From the UHGV virus genome UHGV-1377064: a DNA stretch of 43,262 nucleotides; one strand, 5' to 3'. Origin of the DNA: a virus. Below, piece by piece: positions 10,014 to 19,487 of the stretch. Position 1 is the stretch's first letter. Every line of letters begins with the position of its first letter. A program made the position numbers and the translations under genes. Under the pieces are notes generated by a model. That model did not search any database, was not told where the DNA came from, and worked only from the letters and a program-made list of their open reading frames with translations.

Positions 10014-10614
10014 TTATTTTGTCCTTAACTTCTTTTTGTTTGTTTAATAATTTAACAAAGTTGATTCCTGCTTTAGTTAAGTTACGATCAGTTGAAGTTA
10101 AATTAAGTTTGTTAATACGTACTAATTCTTTACGACTTATCAACGCTATATTTTCTTCGCTACAATCTGACCTGTTTTGGTTCAAGTGTATTAAGCAATA
10201 TCCTTTTGGAACGGGTCCATGCTTTTGTTCCCACAAATAATGTGTGTATTGTTTCCAGCATTCGTTTTTAGAACCTCGTTTTTTGATTTTTATAAACTTA
10301 TAACCGTCAGTAGTGATTTTTATCGTTCCTAAAGGAAATGTGTTATCGGGCTTTTGTCCTTTCTTAAATTGAGTTTCAGCGCTTCTACCTCTGGAAGGAA
10401 AGCTTTTACCTTTGTTCCAAGAAGGCACACCTTTTTTAAACTTACAATCAACCCCACTTCTTATTCTTTTTCTCGAACAAAACCCTTTCATTTTATCTGT
10501 AGTAACATCAGTGCCAAACTCCTTATTAAACATTTCTGTCATTTCTTTCTTAGTTTTACCTTTGATGTTATTACGAATATATTTTTCATGCTCATCAGTC
10601 CATACATGTCTCAT
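10000..10614 (-). CDS. HNH endonuclease (free-standing)
   Basis: 'CLIHLNQNRSDCSEENIAL' HNH motif. 204 aa. Confidence 0.5.
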   Translation of the reverse strand: MRHVWTDEHEKYIRNNIKGKTKKEMTEMFNKEFGTDVTTDKMKGFCSRKRIRSGVDCKFKKGVPSWNKGKSFPSRGRSAETQFKKGQKPDNTFPLGTIKITTDGYKFIKIKKRGSKNECWKQYTHYLWEQKHGPVPKGYCLIHLNQNRSDCSEENIALISRKELVRINKLNLTSTDRNLTKAGINFVKLLNKQKEVKDKINATK

Positions 10615-10619
10615 GGCTA

Positions 10620-10874
10620 TTACTCTCCTAACAACTTAGGCATTTCTGATTCTGCGTCTAATTTTTCATCTTTAAACTTTTGGGCTTGCAGCACTAAACT
10701 GCCGTTATTAATGATATTTTGAGCTACTTTAGAAACTGCACTAGATCTTTGTAACTCCTCTTTTAATTCTTCGCCTTTTAAATCTTCATCGCTTAATCTT
10801 TCTAATTGTGCAAATAAATGATTGTTTAAATCTGTCAATGTGTTTCTCATTTCATTAACCCTCCCATTTCTCAA
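10620..10874 (-). CDS. hypothetical protein
   Basis: ORF only. Coiled-coil-like. Confidence 0.25.
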   Translation of the reverse strand: MRNGRVNEMRNTLTDLNNHLFAQLERLSDEDLKGEELKEELQRSSAVSKVAQNIINNGSLVLQAQKFKDEKLDAESEMPKLLGE

Positions 10875-11289
10875 ATGCTCTGTTTAGATACCAACGCGCC
10901 TTGTCTAAATCTTCTTTACCGTTCTTACGATTAGCTCGACTTATATATTTAATTGCATTACCAATCGCAAATGCTAACTCTGGTTTGTAATCTCTAGTAA
11001 CCTGCTCTATGAAATCTATAATTTCTATATCTCCATACGTGTAATGTGACGGGTGGCTAACCTTGTCATCTAACGTCTTTTCAACTTCTTTACTGGTTGG
11101 TTTAGGTACGCTGATAAAGTCATAATTATCGTCTATTTCAATAGTGCCAATGCCATCAACTTTTACTACCGCGACGTATTTTAAATAAAATACATCTTGA
11201 TATACGTTCAATACTTGCCCGTACCTTTGCTTGTTGTCTCTATCAGAAAATTTTATATATTCTCCTATACTTAAATCTCCAACACTCAT
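10855..11289 (-). CDS. DUF3310-like phage protein
   Basis: 'SHPSHYTYGDIEIIDFIE' resembles the DUF3310 signature. Confidence 0.3.
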   Translation of the reverse strand: MSVGDLSIGEYIKFSDRDNKQRYGQVLNVYQDVFYLKYVAVVKVDGIGTIEIDDNYDFISVPKPTSKEVEKTLDDKVSHPSHYTYGDIEIIDFIEQVTRDYKPELAFAIGNAIKYISRANRKNGKEDLDKARWYLNRAFEKWEG

Positions 11290-11645
11290 GATCTAACCAC
11301 CTTTCTAGGAAAGATGTCATTCTCCATAAGGTGCGTGCACCATTCACCACGAGGGTGTTTTTGAGGCACTGTGAATAAGTGTGGTTTCTTACGTTTTAAC
11401 TCTTGTAATCTGCGTTGCTTCATTCTCTCTTTATAACTAGCGATGTCGTTCTCTTTAGGTTTTAAACTATCCCACTCACTACGTCTTACTCCAATAGGTG
11501 CTTCTATTGCATCTTCAAACTTCCAACCAGATGCTAATCTTTGTCTTAAGATATCGGGATTGATATCTGCTTCTTTCATTTTCTCTACTACATCTGGTGT
11601 AATAGAGAAGTATTTATTTTTAACTCTCATTTTTGTCGATTCCAT
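11286..11645 (-). CDS. hypothetical protein
   Basis: ORF only. Confidence 0.25.
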   Translation of the reverse strand: MESTKMRVKNKYFSITPDVVEKMKEADINPDILRQRLASGWKFEDAIEAPIGVRRSEWDSLKPKENDIASYKERMKQRRLQELKRKKPHLFTVPQKHPRGEWCTHLMENDIFPRKVVRS

Positions 11646-11837
11646 TTACTCCACCTCTATTAATTCAACTAGTTCAAAATCTTCATTCATCAACTCTTTG
11701 TCAGGACTGTTACTGATTAAATCTAAAATGCGTTCCTTTTCATCACTTGCAGTAATTTGATTGTTTACCCAAACTGGATACTTACATCTAACTTTCATTG
11801 TTGCTTCGACTGTGATTGTTTCTTCTCTGTTAGCCAT
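11646..11837 (-). CDS. hypothetical protein
   Basis: ORF only. Confidence 0.25.
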   Translation of the reverse strand: MANREETITVEATMKVRCKYPVWVNNQITASDEKERILDLISNSPDKELMNEDFELVELIEVE

Positions 11838-12211
11838 TACTCATCACCTACTAATTCGCCATCTTTCCAGATGAGTGTCATTGTATCTCCATCTTTCAAC
11901 CAAAATTCTTTGCTAAAATCATCTTTTAGTTCATTGATAGATTTTTCAACCCGTTTAACTCCACCACCATTTACAAATATTTCCAACATTTCTGGTATCT
12001 TTGTTTCTTCCGTAACTTCTTCTTCAACTTCTACTGTGAAAGTTTCATCTACAACGATTGAATACTCTATCGACACTGTTTGCACCATGTCAAAATACAC
12101 AGAACCTCTGTCAATATTGCTATAAAATGTTTTTTCTTTAACACCATTCTTCCAAGCCCACTCAATCAATTCTGGTAATGTCATTTCAACTTTCTTTTTA
12201 ATCTTTACCAT
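11837..12211 (-). CDS. hypothetical protein
   Basis: ORF only. Confidence 0.25.
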   Translation of the reverse strand: MVKIKKKVEMTLPELIEWAWKNGVKEKTFYSNIDRGSVYFDMVQTVSIEYSIVVDETFTVEVEEEVTEETKIPEMLEIFVNGGGVKRVEKSINELKDDFSKEFWLKDGDTMTLIWKDGELVGDE

Positions 12212-12614
12212 CCTTCATCTTCTCCTTCTTACGTTTTTTGCGTACCTTGATTAGTTCTTCATACGTTATCCACTCTTGACCTGTGTATTTAGGCGCTTTA
12301 CATATCCACGTGAGTGGTACTTCTCTGTTTTGATATCTAAATATCTTTGATTTTATTTTGGCTTCTGGAGTAGGCATACCTTTTACATCTATCACTTCGA
12401 TTAGCTTGCCATCTTTCCATAAAGCAAAATCTGCTACATAGTTAATAGATCTGAAATTTTCAAATTTAGGTTGTAATTCGTACTTAGGTTGCAACTCTAT
12501 ATGGTCATATCCCTTACCTAAGTTACGTTCTAAATATTGGTAGAAGTCACATTCAATTTTGCTATCGAACACGACATCTTTATATTCAACTTTTTTAGAA
12601 TTGTATTTACTCAA
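12198..12614 (-). CDS. DUF1064-like phage protein
   Basis: N-terminal 'SKYNSKKVEYKDVVFDSKIECDFYQYL' resembles the DUF1064 family. Confidence 0.35.
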   Translation of the reverse strand: MSKYNSKKVEYKDVVFDSKIECDFYQYLERNLGKGYDHIELQPKYELQPKFENFRSINYVADFALWKDGKLIEVIDVKGMPTPEAKIKSKIFRYQNREVPLTWICKAPKYTGQEWITYEELIKVRKKRKKEKMKDGKD

Positions 12615-12623
12615 AACTCCACC

Positions 12624-12893
12624 TCAAAATAATAATTCGTTAATTGTCATTTGCTGTTGCAGTTCTTCTTTTCTGAACAACTTGTACTTATGTTTCAGTT
12701 TTTCTAGTTCATCTTTCGTTACCGTTCCTGAGAATGTGTTTCTAAAGTGTATGCCTGCATAGTTACCTAGTTTGAATGTATCTTCTCCTAACGGCGTTAC
12801 ACTGCACATTTTCCAACCGTCAATCTGATATAACGTGTATTGCTTTTCAAGTCCGTCGATAAGTCCCATCTGGTTGCCTCCACTTCGTTTCAT
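12624..12893 (-). CDS. hypothetical protein
   Basis: ORF only. Confidence 0.25.
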   Translation of the reverse strand: MKRSGGNQMGLIDGLEKQYTLYQIDGWKMCSVTPLGEDTFKLGNYAGIHFRNTFSGTVTKDELEKLKHKYKLFRKEELQQQMTINELLF

Positions 12894-13068
12894 TCATGAT
12901 TAACTCTTTCACTTCTTCATAATCGTCAAAGGGTTTAATGGTTCTAGTATCAAGCAGCCTTTTAACTGCCCACCCAGACTCAATTAATATTTTGGCTATG
13001 GTCGGATCTTCTTTATAATCCTCTCGATACATAAAACCTAAAAGTTGCTGATACTCATAAACTTTCAT
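12847..13068 (-). CDS. hypothetical protein
   Basis: ORF only. Confidence 0.25.
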   Translation of the reverse strand: MKVYEYQQLLGFMYREDYKEDPTIAKILIESGWAVKRLLDTRTIKPFDDYEEVKELIMNETKWRQPDGTYRRT

Positions 13069-14315
13069 CCATAAAACCTCTGCGTTTTCTTGTAGAAATC
13101 AAGGTGTGCCACCCCTGTTTCTCCGTCTTTATTTTTAGAAATAATGAATTCAATTTCCGACTTGCCTGTAATGTTGTCTTGTTGGTCTTGGTCGTAATAA
13201 TCGTCACGGTATAAGAAGAAAATCATATTCGCGTCTTGCTCAATTCCTCCTGCTTCTCTTAAATCAGACATCATCGGACGCTTATCACTACGACTTTCTA
13301 CACCTCTACTTAATTGAGATAGTGCGATAATGATACAACCTGTTTCTTTAGCTATAATTTTTAAATCACGAGAAATCTTTTCAACTTCTAATCGTCTATC
13401 ACGTTGAGGAACATCTGATTGCATGAGTGTAAGATAATCAATAAATATAACGTGAGGTTTGTCTGTTTTTTGAGATGCGACTTCTCGAACATCTTGTGGT
13501 GTCATTTGTGCTTGGTCCTCAATCTTTAAAGAATTACATTTTTTTATTTGATCTATAGCAGACATTACCGATGAAACTTCATCATCATTTAATCCGTTGC
13601 CTTGCTTAATTTTAGATAGTGGAATATTTGTTATTGTTGCAACTAATCTCTCAACGATATTGTTACCTCCAGTTTCTAAACTAAAGAACGTTGTAGGATA
13701 TCCACGCTGCGCGATATTCCACATCATTGTTAATGCAAGAGAAGTTTTACCTAACGAAGGTCTTGCACCTAATACATTCAACTGACCTGGTTCAAAACCA
13801 ATGATTTTGTTATCTATAGAAGCAATACCAGTTTTAATAAATTGTTTTGGTTCATCAGATAGAATATTTTCTACAACTTCAGCTAGAAAACTATCAGTAG
13901 CGTCTGCTTTTTTTATTGTCATACCTTTTAATTTCTCTAATTCCTCTACCAAATAATTAAAATTTTCTTTATTCGGCATTGATTGATACTCTGTCAGCTT
14001 CTCACGAGCTTGTGACAAAACGTATTCTTGTAATAGGTTCAATTGGTCGTCCATAAAAAACGCCTTGTCAGTGCCATCTGAGTTGTATAAACGACCTAAT
14101 CGGTCAGTAGATATAAATTCATTATCATCACGACTTTTAAAGTAGATCTGGTTTACATCGACCTTCCCTTGCTCTAGTGCATACTCAATGAACACTCTTA
14201 ATTTTTCATCAGTAAACATTTCAGGTTTCAATCTGAATTTACTTAGTAACTCTGGGTTACGCATGAGGTTAGATATAATAGATTCTTCGGTACTCAACAC
14301 ATCAATACTCATCAT
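13065..14315 (-). CDS. replicative DNA helicase (DnaB-like)
   Basis: Walker A 'GARPSLGKTSLAL' and a Walker B-like 'VIFIDYLTLM'. 416 aa. Confidence 0.7.
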   Translation of the reverse strand: MMSIDVLSTEESIISNLMRNPELLSKFRLKPEMFTDEKLRVFIEYALEQGKVDVNQIYFKSRDDNEFISTDRLGRLYNSDGTDKAFFMDDQLNLLQEYVLSQAREKLTEYQSMPNKENFNYLVEELEKLKGMTIKKADATDSFLAEVVENILSDEPKQFIKTGIASIDNKIIGFEPGQLNVLGARPSLGKTSLALTMMWNIAQRGYPTTFFSLETGGNNIVERLVATITNIPLSKIKQGNGLNDDEVSSVMSAIDQIKKCNSLKIEDQAQMTPQDVREVASQKTDKPHVIFIDYLTLMQSDVPQRDRRLEVEKISRDLKIIAKETGCIIIALSQLSRGVESRSDKRPMMSDLREAGGIEQDANMIFFLYRDDYYDQDQQDNITGKSEIEFIISKNKDGETGVAHLDFYKKTQRFYG

Positions 14316-14655
14316 CTAACCCCCAATCCTCTTTCATCTTTTGCCATTGTTTTCTTAATTGTTGCCTTCTCTCTCTAAACTCTTTATCGTGTTGCATTCT
14401 ATATTTATCAGTTTGTTCTTCTGGTATCACTGCGCTTTTCATTTCTGGTGGTTTGCGATCAATAATTTGTGCAATCGTAGGTTTATAACGACTTTCTCTA
14501 ACATATTTCTTTGTTTTGTGTAGTGTTCTGTCGAAATCCCCATATTGTGTGAGTTGTTCTACCCAAAGGTTGTACTTAATTTTATTGAATTTCATATCGT
14601 AGACATTATTTATTAACTCTAATATTTCAATTGCCTCTAGTTCAGTCATTGACAT
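14302..14655 (-). CDS. hypothetical replication-module protein
   Basis: ORF overlapping the helicase start. Confidence 0.25.
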   Translation of the reverse strand: MSMTELEAIEILELINNVYDMKFNKIKYNLWVEQLTQYGDFDRTLHKTKKYVRESRYKPTIAQIIDRKPPEMKSAVIPEEQTDKYRMQHDKEFRERRQQLRKQWQKMKEDWGLDDEY

Positions 14656-14660
14656 AATGT

Positions 14661-15362
14661 CTAACCTCCTAATAGTTCCTGTTTCTTCTTAGCTAGGTAA
14701 TCATCTTCTTTATTGTTTCTAGGTTTAATTTTAGATATTGCTTTCTCTTTAGTATTGACACCGTCTTTATTCCAGTTTTCTAATACTTTGATAAGGTAGT
14801 TAACACCTTTGCTATTTTCTCTGCAGTAATCAGTAGCTACAGTAACGATCTCTAGTTTATTATCTTTAAAATCCTTTATAGCTTCTTCTAGTTGTTGTGC
14901 TTTTAATGGACTTTGTATGATTTCTAAGTTATTACTAATATATTGAAATGATTTTGATGTCTCGTCACTGTCTCTATTTATTCTTGTATTATTAATTCTT
15001 GTATTATTCTCTTCCGTCTTTTTATGGATAGGGTCTCCACTTTTTTGTGGATACCCCTCTCCATGATTTGACGGATAGGGTGCTGTAATATAAATTCTTC
15101 GTTCAGTTACAGTCATGTTTTCATCTCTAATAACCACTGTGTCGATATATCCTTTTTCTTTTAAGTTGCTTATCCAAGTAGATACAGTTTTTTTATGAAC
15201 GTTATATAGTTCTGCAAAGTAGTTATTACTAGCATATGAATATCCGTATTTATTGGACAAAGCAGTTAATTCGCCATACATAATAACTTCCATTGGTTTT
15301 AACTCTTTATCATATCTAACGTGTGCTGGAATGATTGAGTAATAGTTAGGTTGTTCTTTCAA
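14661..15362 (-). CDS. replication initiator / replisome organizer with a C-terminal DnaD-like domain
   Basis: C-terminal 'VNYLIKVLENWNKDGVNTKEKA' is DnaD-domain-like. An N-terminal HTH-like region is present. Lies upstream of the helicase gene. Confidence 0.45.
   Translation of the reverse strand: MKEQPNYYSIIPAHVRYDKELKPMEVIMYGELTALSNKYGYSYASNNYFAELYNVHKKTVSTWISNLKEKGYIDTVVIRDENMTVTERRIYITAPYPSNHGEGYPQKSGDPIHKKTEENNTRINNTRINRDSDETSKSFQYISNNLEIIQSPLKAQQLEEAIKDFKDNKLEIVTVATDYCRENSKGVNYLIKVLENWNKDGVNTKEKAISKIKPRNNKEDDYLAKKKQELLGG
14985..15014. repeat. 15-bp tandem duplication (attcttgtattatta, attcttgtattattc) inside the initiator gene, encoding NNTRI NNTRI
   Basis: Read directly. Flanked by further direct repeats (TGGATA...TCTCCA twice, around 15035-15075). 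Confidence 0.55.
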
Positions 15363-16033
15363 TCATCTCTCACTCCTTTCAGCATTTTGTTTAGTCGTTC
15401 ATCCACAGACACCCAACTGTCTGTTAAGTGATATTTGTTATTAAATGCGTCCATGCCTATTTGATGCTGTTCGTTGTGATGAGATCTACATAGAGCTAAC
15501 ACTTGATTTCCGAAATGATTAATCTTCGTTCTATCTCTGCCACGTCCTACCGCAAATCTATGTGCTAAGTCGGAATGTGGTTTACCACAGATAACACAGT
15601 TACGATTGACTGTTGACCAATATAGAAATGCTTTATCATTTTTGAGTAAGTCACTCGTCTTATAATTAAGTGGTATATCGTTGTGAAACACCCAGTCGAG
15701 AATAACTTCTATAACTTGTTTAGCTTGTTCTCTTGTGCAATCACTCAATGAGAGACGTTTTTCATAGCCATAGAGAACTTCTACGTAATCCATGAACAAA
15801 TACCTCATATAGTCGCGTGGTTGTCCTGTGTAAGCTTCTATGTCGTTACAGAGAGCAAATACTTTTCTACGCTGCTTATCTGTAATCTTGAATGGATCTA
15901 CAACTCTTACATCTGCTTCTACTTCGTAACCGTTGTCTAAAAGCAATGATGTTTTGTTATCTAGTTCTACTCCTTTGATGACTACAGTCGTTGTACCGTC
16001 ATCTTCTGTAATGTAGTTTTTTATTACTACCAT
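15359..16033 (-). CDS. Zn-finger/HNH-like protein of the recombination module
   Basis: 'CVICGKPHSDLAHRF...ALCRSHHNEQH' is a Cys/His cluster. Confidence 0.3.
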   Translation of the reverse strand: MVVIKNYITEDDGTTTVVIKGVELDNKTSLLLDNGYEVEADVRVVDPFKITDKQRRKVFALCNDIEAYTGQPRDYMRYLFMDYVEVLYGYEKRLSLSDCTREQAKQVIEVILDWVFHNDIPLNYKTSDLLKNDKAFLYWSTVNRNCVICGKPHSDLAHRFAVGRGRDRTKINHFGNQVLALCRSHHNEQHQIGMDAFNNKYHLTDSWVSVDERLNKMLKGVRDD

Positions 16034-16046
16034 CTAATCAGTCCAA

Positions 16047-16469
16047 TCAGAAAGGAAGCTCCGATTCCGAAATATCATTGATACCATTATCATTTGCAAA
16101 CGGGTTATTGCCTGCTGGCGCTTGTCCTCTTTGTTGTTGAGGTTGATTGTTTTGCTGGTTACTACCTTTGCTATCTAAGAATTCAATTCTATTTGCAATC
16201 ACTCGTACTACTGAACGATTGTTACCTTCTTTATCTTGGAAACGGTCTTGCTTCAAGTTGCCTTCGATTAAAACTTTGCTTCCCTTACCGCAATAGTCGT
16301 TTAATAGTTGGGCAGTTTTGCCAAACGCTACGATGTCAAAGAATGATGTGTCATCTTTTTTGAATGGATTGTCCACTGCCATAGAGAAGTTAGTTACTTG
16401 TGTTTGTCCTGCTTGTTTAAGTTCTAAATCTTTAGTGATACGTCCTGTCAAAATTGTTAAGTTAGTCAT
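16047..16469 (-). CDS. ssb: single-stranded DNA-binding protein
   Basis: OB-fold-type N-terminus, a Q/N/G-rich linker and an acidic C-terminal tail 'DISESELPF'. Confidence 0.8.
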   Translation of the reverse strand: MTNLTILTGRITKDLELKQAGQTQVTNFSMAVDNPFKKDDTSFFDIVAFGKTAQLLNDYCGKGSKVLIEGNLKQDRFQDKEGNNRSVVRVIANRIEFLDSKGSNQQNNQPQQQRGQAPAGNNPFANDNGINDISESELPF

Positions 16470-17128
16470 TATTTCGCCTCCGTATATTTTTTAGCCATTG
16501 TTTGAATTTTGTTGATTGTATTGATTGCTTGTTGTTCTGACATTGACGAATAGTTTTGTATGCCAAAAGTTTGTTCTGCTTGTTGTTGAGATACTTCTTT
16601 TCCTAACGATTTCATCAAGTCGACAAATTTAAGTATTTCTTCTTTTAGAACGCCGACTGTTTGACTACTTACTTTGTTGTACTTTTCTTGCTTTTGTTTT
16701 GCGTCTGCGTCATCTTCGTCAGTCGGAATATTGAAGAATTTCATTAAGAAATAACGCTCTGCGTATGTGAGTGCTGTTCCGTGCGCTTTAGATACGTCGT
16801 CTTGTTGTCCTACTGCAAAGAAAGGAACCTCCAACACTTCTTGAGGGTTATCTGCGTTAATCCATTTATATGTGAGTTTTAATTTAACGATGTGTTCCGG
16901 CTTACCTTTTGCATTTTTAGTTTCAGTGACTTCTTCATGCTCTGTGTAAGGCACCAATAACAAGTTGTGTTCAATCATTTTGTTTCTGATTCTGTGAAGT
17001 ACTTGCGATCCGCTCACATATGAATAGTTGTAACCTTTAGTGTCTTTGGTAAAGCCATCAATATTTGCCTTAACATCTGCTATTTTTTGATATAAATTAA
17101 GTTGTTCAGTCATACTCAACCTCCTCAT
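16469..17128 (-). CDS. single-strand annealing protein (ERF-like), putative
   Basis: 219 aa immediately upstream of ssb. Assignment is by position and size. Confidence 0.35.
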   Translation of the reverse strand: MRRLSMTEQLNLYQKIADVKANIDGFTKDTKGYNYSYVSGSQVLHRIRNKMIEHNLLLVPYTEHEEVTETKNAKGKPEHIVKLKLTYKWINADNPQEVLEVPFFAVGQQDDVSKAHGTALTYAERYFLMKFFNIPTDEDDADAKQKQEKYNKVSSQTVGVLKEEILKFVDLMKSLGKEVSQQQAEQTFGIQNYSSMSEQQAINTINKIQTMAKKYTEAK

Positions 17129-17336
17129 ATTCAGTTGTTTCAGTTACTTTCTTTTTAATTGCTCTGTGCTTAGTCATGTCGATACTCACATCTTCTAGTC
17201 CTGCAAATTCTCTTGCTCTCCGTCTATCTCTTGAATAAGAAGTATCTTCTTCGTTGTTAGGTTTATTAGTGATATACAGGTCGAAAGGAGCGTCTTTCAA
17301 TTTAATTAGGTATGTCACTGTTTCTTTCAATCCCAA
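17106..17336 (-). CDS. hypothetical protein
   Basis: ORF only. Confidence 0.25.
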   Translation of the reverse strand: MGLKETVTYLIKLKDAPFDLYITNKPNNEEDTSYSRDRRRAREFAGLEDVSIDMTKHRAIKKKVTETTEYEEVEYD

Positions 17337-17577
17337 TCACTCCTTTACGCAATATATCGATTGTTCTTTCCATGACTTTGATTGTTTCACTTTGTGTTTC
17401 GCACGATTCTATAGCTTTTCTGAAATCTTTTCTAAGTTCAAAATATTTATCGCATATATCTTCGTAACGTTTATTTAAAAAGTCGTAGTCACTTCGCAAG
17501 AAATCTAAATCTATTTGGCTTTTGATTAGTTGAGAGTATTCTTCTCTAGTCAACTTGACTGTAATTACCTCTTCCAT
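17302..17577 (-). CDS. hypothetical protein
   Basis: ORF only. Confidence 0.25.
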   Translation of the reverse strand: MEEVITVKLTREEYSQLIKSQIDLDFLRSDYDFLNKRYEDICDKYFELRKDFRKAIESCETQSETIKVMERTIDILRKGVIGIERNSDIPN

Positions 17578-17951
17578 TTCTTTCCTCCTGTGCTATAATA
17601 AGCATGTAATGTTTGTAATTCTTTCGATTTCGACTGTTACTTGTTGGCGCAAGTTTCAGTCTTTTTTGTTATCTCAAGCCACTTTTCCCAGAAGAATGTG
17701 CTAAAGATTAGCGTTAACATCGCAATTCCTAATACTGTTGTGAAACCACCTCCTAAAAGTAATGTGATGATCATCGCGATGAACATCGTCATATAGCTAA
17801 GTAAGTACTTCATTTATCATCCTCTTCTTTCATTTTTAAAAGTTTTTCTATATATCCTCTTTCTAATGCGAAATCAAATAACATTTGTTGAATATGTTCG
17901 GGCATAAAAACCATTCCTTTCGTGTATAATCACCTCTAAGGAGGTGTTGTT

Positions 17952-18158
17952 ATGAATAAAATCAAACCAGATGAACTACAAGATCTTTTTAATCAACGCA
18001 ATGAACGCGCTAAAGAATTGATGGACACATTTAGAAATGAGAATCCAGATAATAACCCTTTAGTAATTAGTGGTTATAAAACTCGTGCTGTTAGAGAAGC
18101 TAACGACGAAATGCTTTTTCAACTTTTAAAAAAACTAGATTTATTAGAAAACGGATGA
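17952..18158 (+). CDS. hypothetical 68-aa protein, plus-strand gene embedded in the minus-strand early region
   Basis: Perfect SD 'taaggaggtg' 6 nt before the ATG. A TATAAT at 17917-17922 lies upstream. Confidence 0.45.
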   Translation: MNKIKPDELQDLFNQRNERAKELMDTFRNENPDNNPLVISGYKTRAVREANDEMLFQLLKKLDLLENG

Positions 18159-18308
18159 ATTTGAATTCTTTTCATTTTGTTTGTTAACAATTTTAGTTAT
18201 TTCTCTTTCATCAATTCCTGAAATTACATTTATCTTTGGTTTCTTAGCACTTCTAATCTCTTCCGCCAAGATGACGATTAGGAGTGCTATTTTTAGTTTC
18301 TTTAGCAT
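18144..18308 (-). CDS. 54-aa protein with an N-terminal hydrophobic helix (MLKKLKIALLIVILAEE...)
   Basis: GGAGG lies 7 nt upstream of the ATG. Start directly follows the ant stop. The 3' end overlaps the convergent plus-strand gene by 15 nt. Not in the supplied ORF track, being under 60 aa. Confidence 0.35.
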   Translation of the reverse strand: MLKKLKIALLIVILAEEIRSAKKPKINVISGIDEREITKIVNKQNEKNSNSSVF

Positions 18309-18310
18309 TG

Positions 18311-19084
18311 CTAAGCCTCCTTTTCTATTACTGGTAAAATGTCATGTTCTTTCAGTAACTCGTAGATGAATAAACGGCCTTTTTGCGTCCACTTGGTATT
18401 CATTCTTACTGATGTACTCCCATCTTTATGCTCGATTTCTGTAGTTGATGAATGTGTGTAACCTTTAGCGTGTAGGTTAGAATATAATAACCACTGTCCA
18501 GATTGTTTATATTGAACTTTCAGTTCATGCAGTAATTTGTTTAACGCTTGAGCCGACATTCCGTAATCTTTAGCAATCTGACCCACTGTAACTAAACTTT
18601 TATTGTTTAAAATTGTGTCTAGATAAGATGCTTTAGGTTCGTATTCGGCAATCTTTTGTTTTTGCATACTGTTTTCTAGTTGTAACTGTTGTTTCTCTTT
18701 TTGTTCCTCTATCCAAAGTTCAGCACGTTTGACTGGATCCTCAATCATGTAACTTGCGATAGGTTGTTTGAGTTGGTTTTCCATTTCGTTAAATTTATTG
18801 ATATACGCCATTTTGAAATCGTTGTGACCCTGAATGTTGAACATGTATAAAGTGAAACCGTCTTTAGTTAGTAGATATTCTCTGTTACGCTTGCCATTTC
18901 TAGCTTTATATTGATGAGGAATTAATAGGGTCGAAATGTCGGCTCTACTCTTTTTAATCATTTCATCGATACCTTCTAAAACATGTTTATGTTGTCTGCC
19001 TATTTCCTCTGCTACTACTCGACTAGAAACGACTGCTCCTAATTCTGAATTATTTTCAATTTGTATTTTTTGTAATGCTTGCAT
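18311..19084 (-). CDS. phage antirepressor (Rha/ORF6N N-domain with a KilAC-like C-domain)
   Basis: 257 aa. Lies immediately downstream of the cro-like gene. Confidence 0.5.
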   Translation of the reverse strand: MQALQKIQIENNSELGAVVSSRVVAEEIGRQHKHVLEGIDEMIKKSRADISTLLIPHQYKARNGKRNREYLLTKDGFTLYMFNIQGHNDFKMAYINKFNEMENQLKQPIASYMIEDPVKRAELWIEEQKEKQQLQLENSMQKQKIAEYEPKASYLDTILNNKSLVTVGQIAKDYGMSAQALNKLLHELKVQYKQSGQWLLYSNLHAKGYTHSSTTEIEHKDGSTSVRMNTKWTQKGRLFIYELLKEHDILPVIEKEA

Positions 19085-19097
19085 TTGTTTTCCTCCT

Positions 19098-19334
19098 TTA
19101 AGTTAAAACTTTCTTTTTACGTAAGTCTTTGCTAAAAAAAATATCTCTTCCTTCTTGAGGCGTTAAATCTAACGCGAAATAAATTCCATTTATTACCGGA
19201 TATGAAGGTTTAGTTCTTCCATGTATCATATTGGACAATGTATCTCTATTAACACCTATTTCTTCAGAAAGAGTTTTGATGTTGTGTCCTTTTAAAGCCA
19301 TTTTTGATTTTAAAAGTTTAGTGTCGATAGGCAT
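19098..19334 (-). CDS. Cro-like HTH (XRE family) regulator
   Basis: 78 aa with HTH 'IKTLSEEIGVNRDTLSNMIHGR'. Transcribed divergently from the cI-like gene. Confidence 0.5.
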   Translation of the reverse strand: MPIDTKLLKSKMALKGHNIKTLSEEIGVNRDTLSNMIHGRTKPSYPVINGIYFALDLTPQEGRDIFFSKDLRKKKVLT

Positions 19335-19487
19335 TTTCTTTTCACCACCTTTCGTATTACGTAAGTAATCTTATCATGGCTGTACAAAATAGGTCAAGCA
19401 TTTTACGAAAGTTTTTAAGAAAAAATATTGCAAATGGCGAAAGTCTTCCTTATAATATAGTTATCAAGTAAAAGGAGCTGTATTACG
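19335..19487. promoter_or_regulatory. divergent cI/cro-type promoter-operator region
   Basis: Plus-strand promoter has -35 TTGCAA (19428-19433), a 17-bp spacer and -10 TATAAT (19451-19456). Repeated half-sites TTACGTAAGT (19357-19366) and TTACGAAAGT (19403-19412) are present. TTACGTAA is an 8-bp palindrome. Confidence 0.5.

Noticed and set aside
18181-18369. 62-aa plus-strand ORF.
   Set aside because: Exactly antisense to the RBS-preceded 54-aa minus-strand gene and the ant 3' end. No SD.
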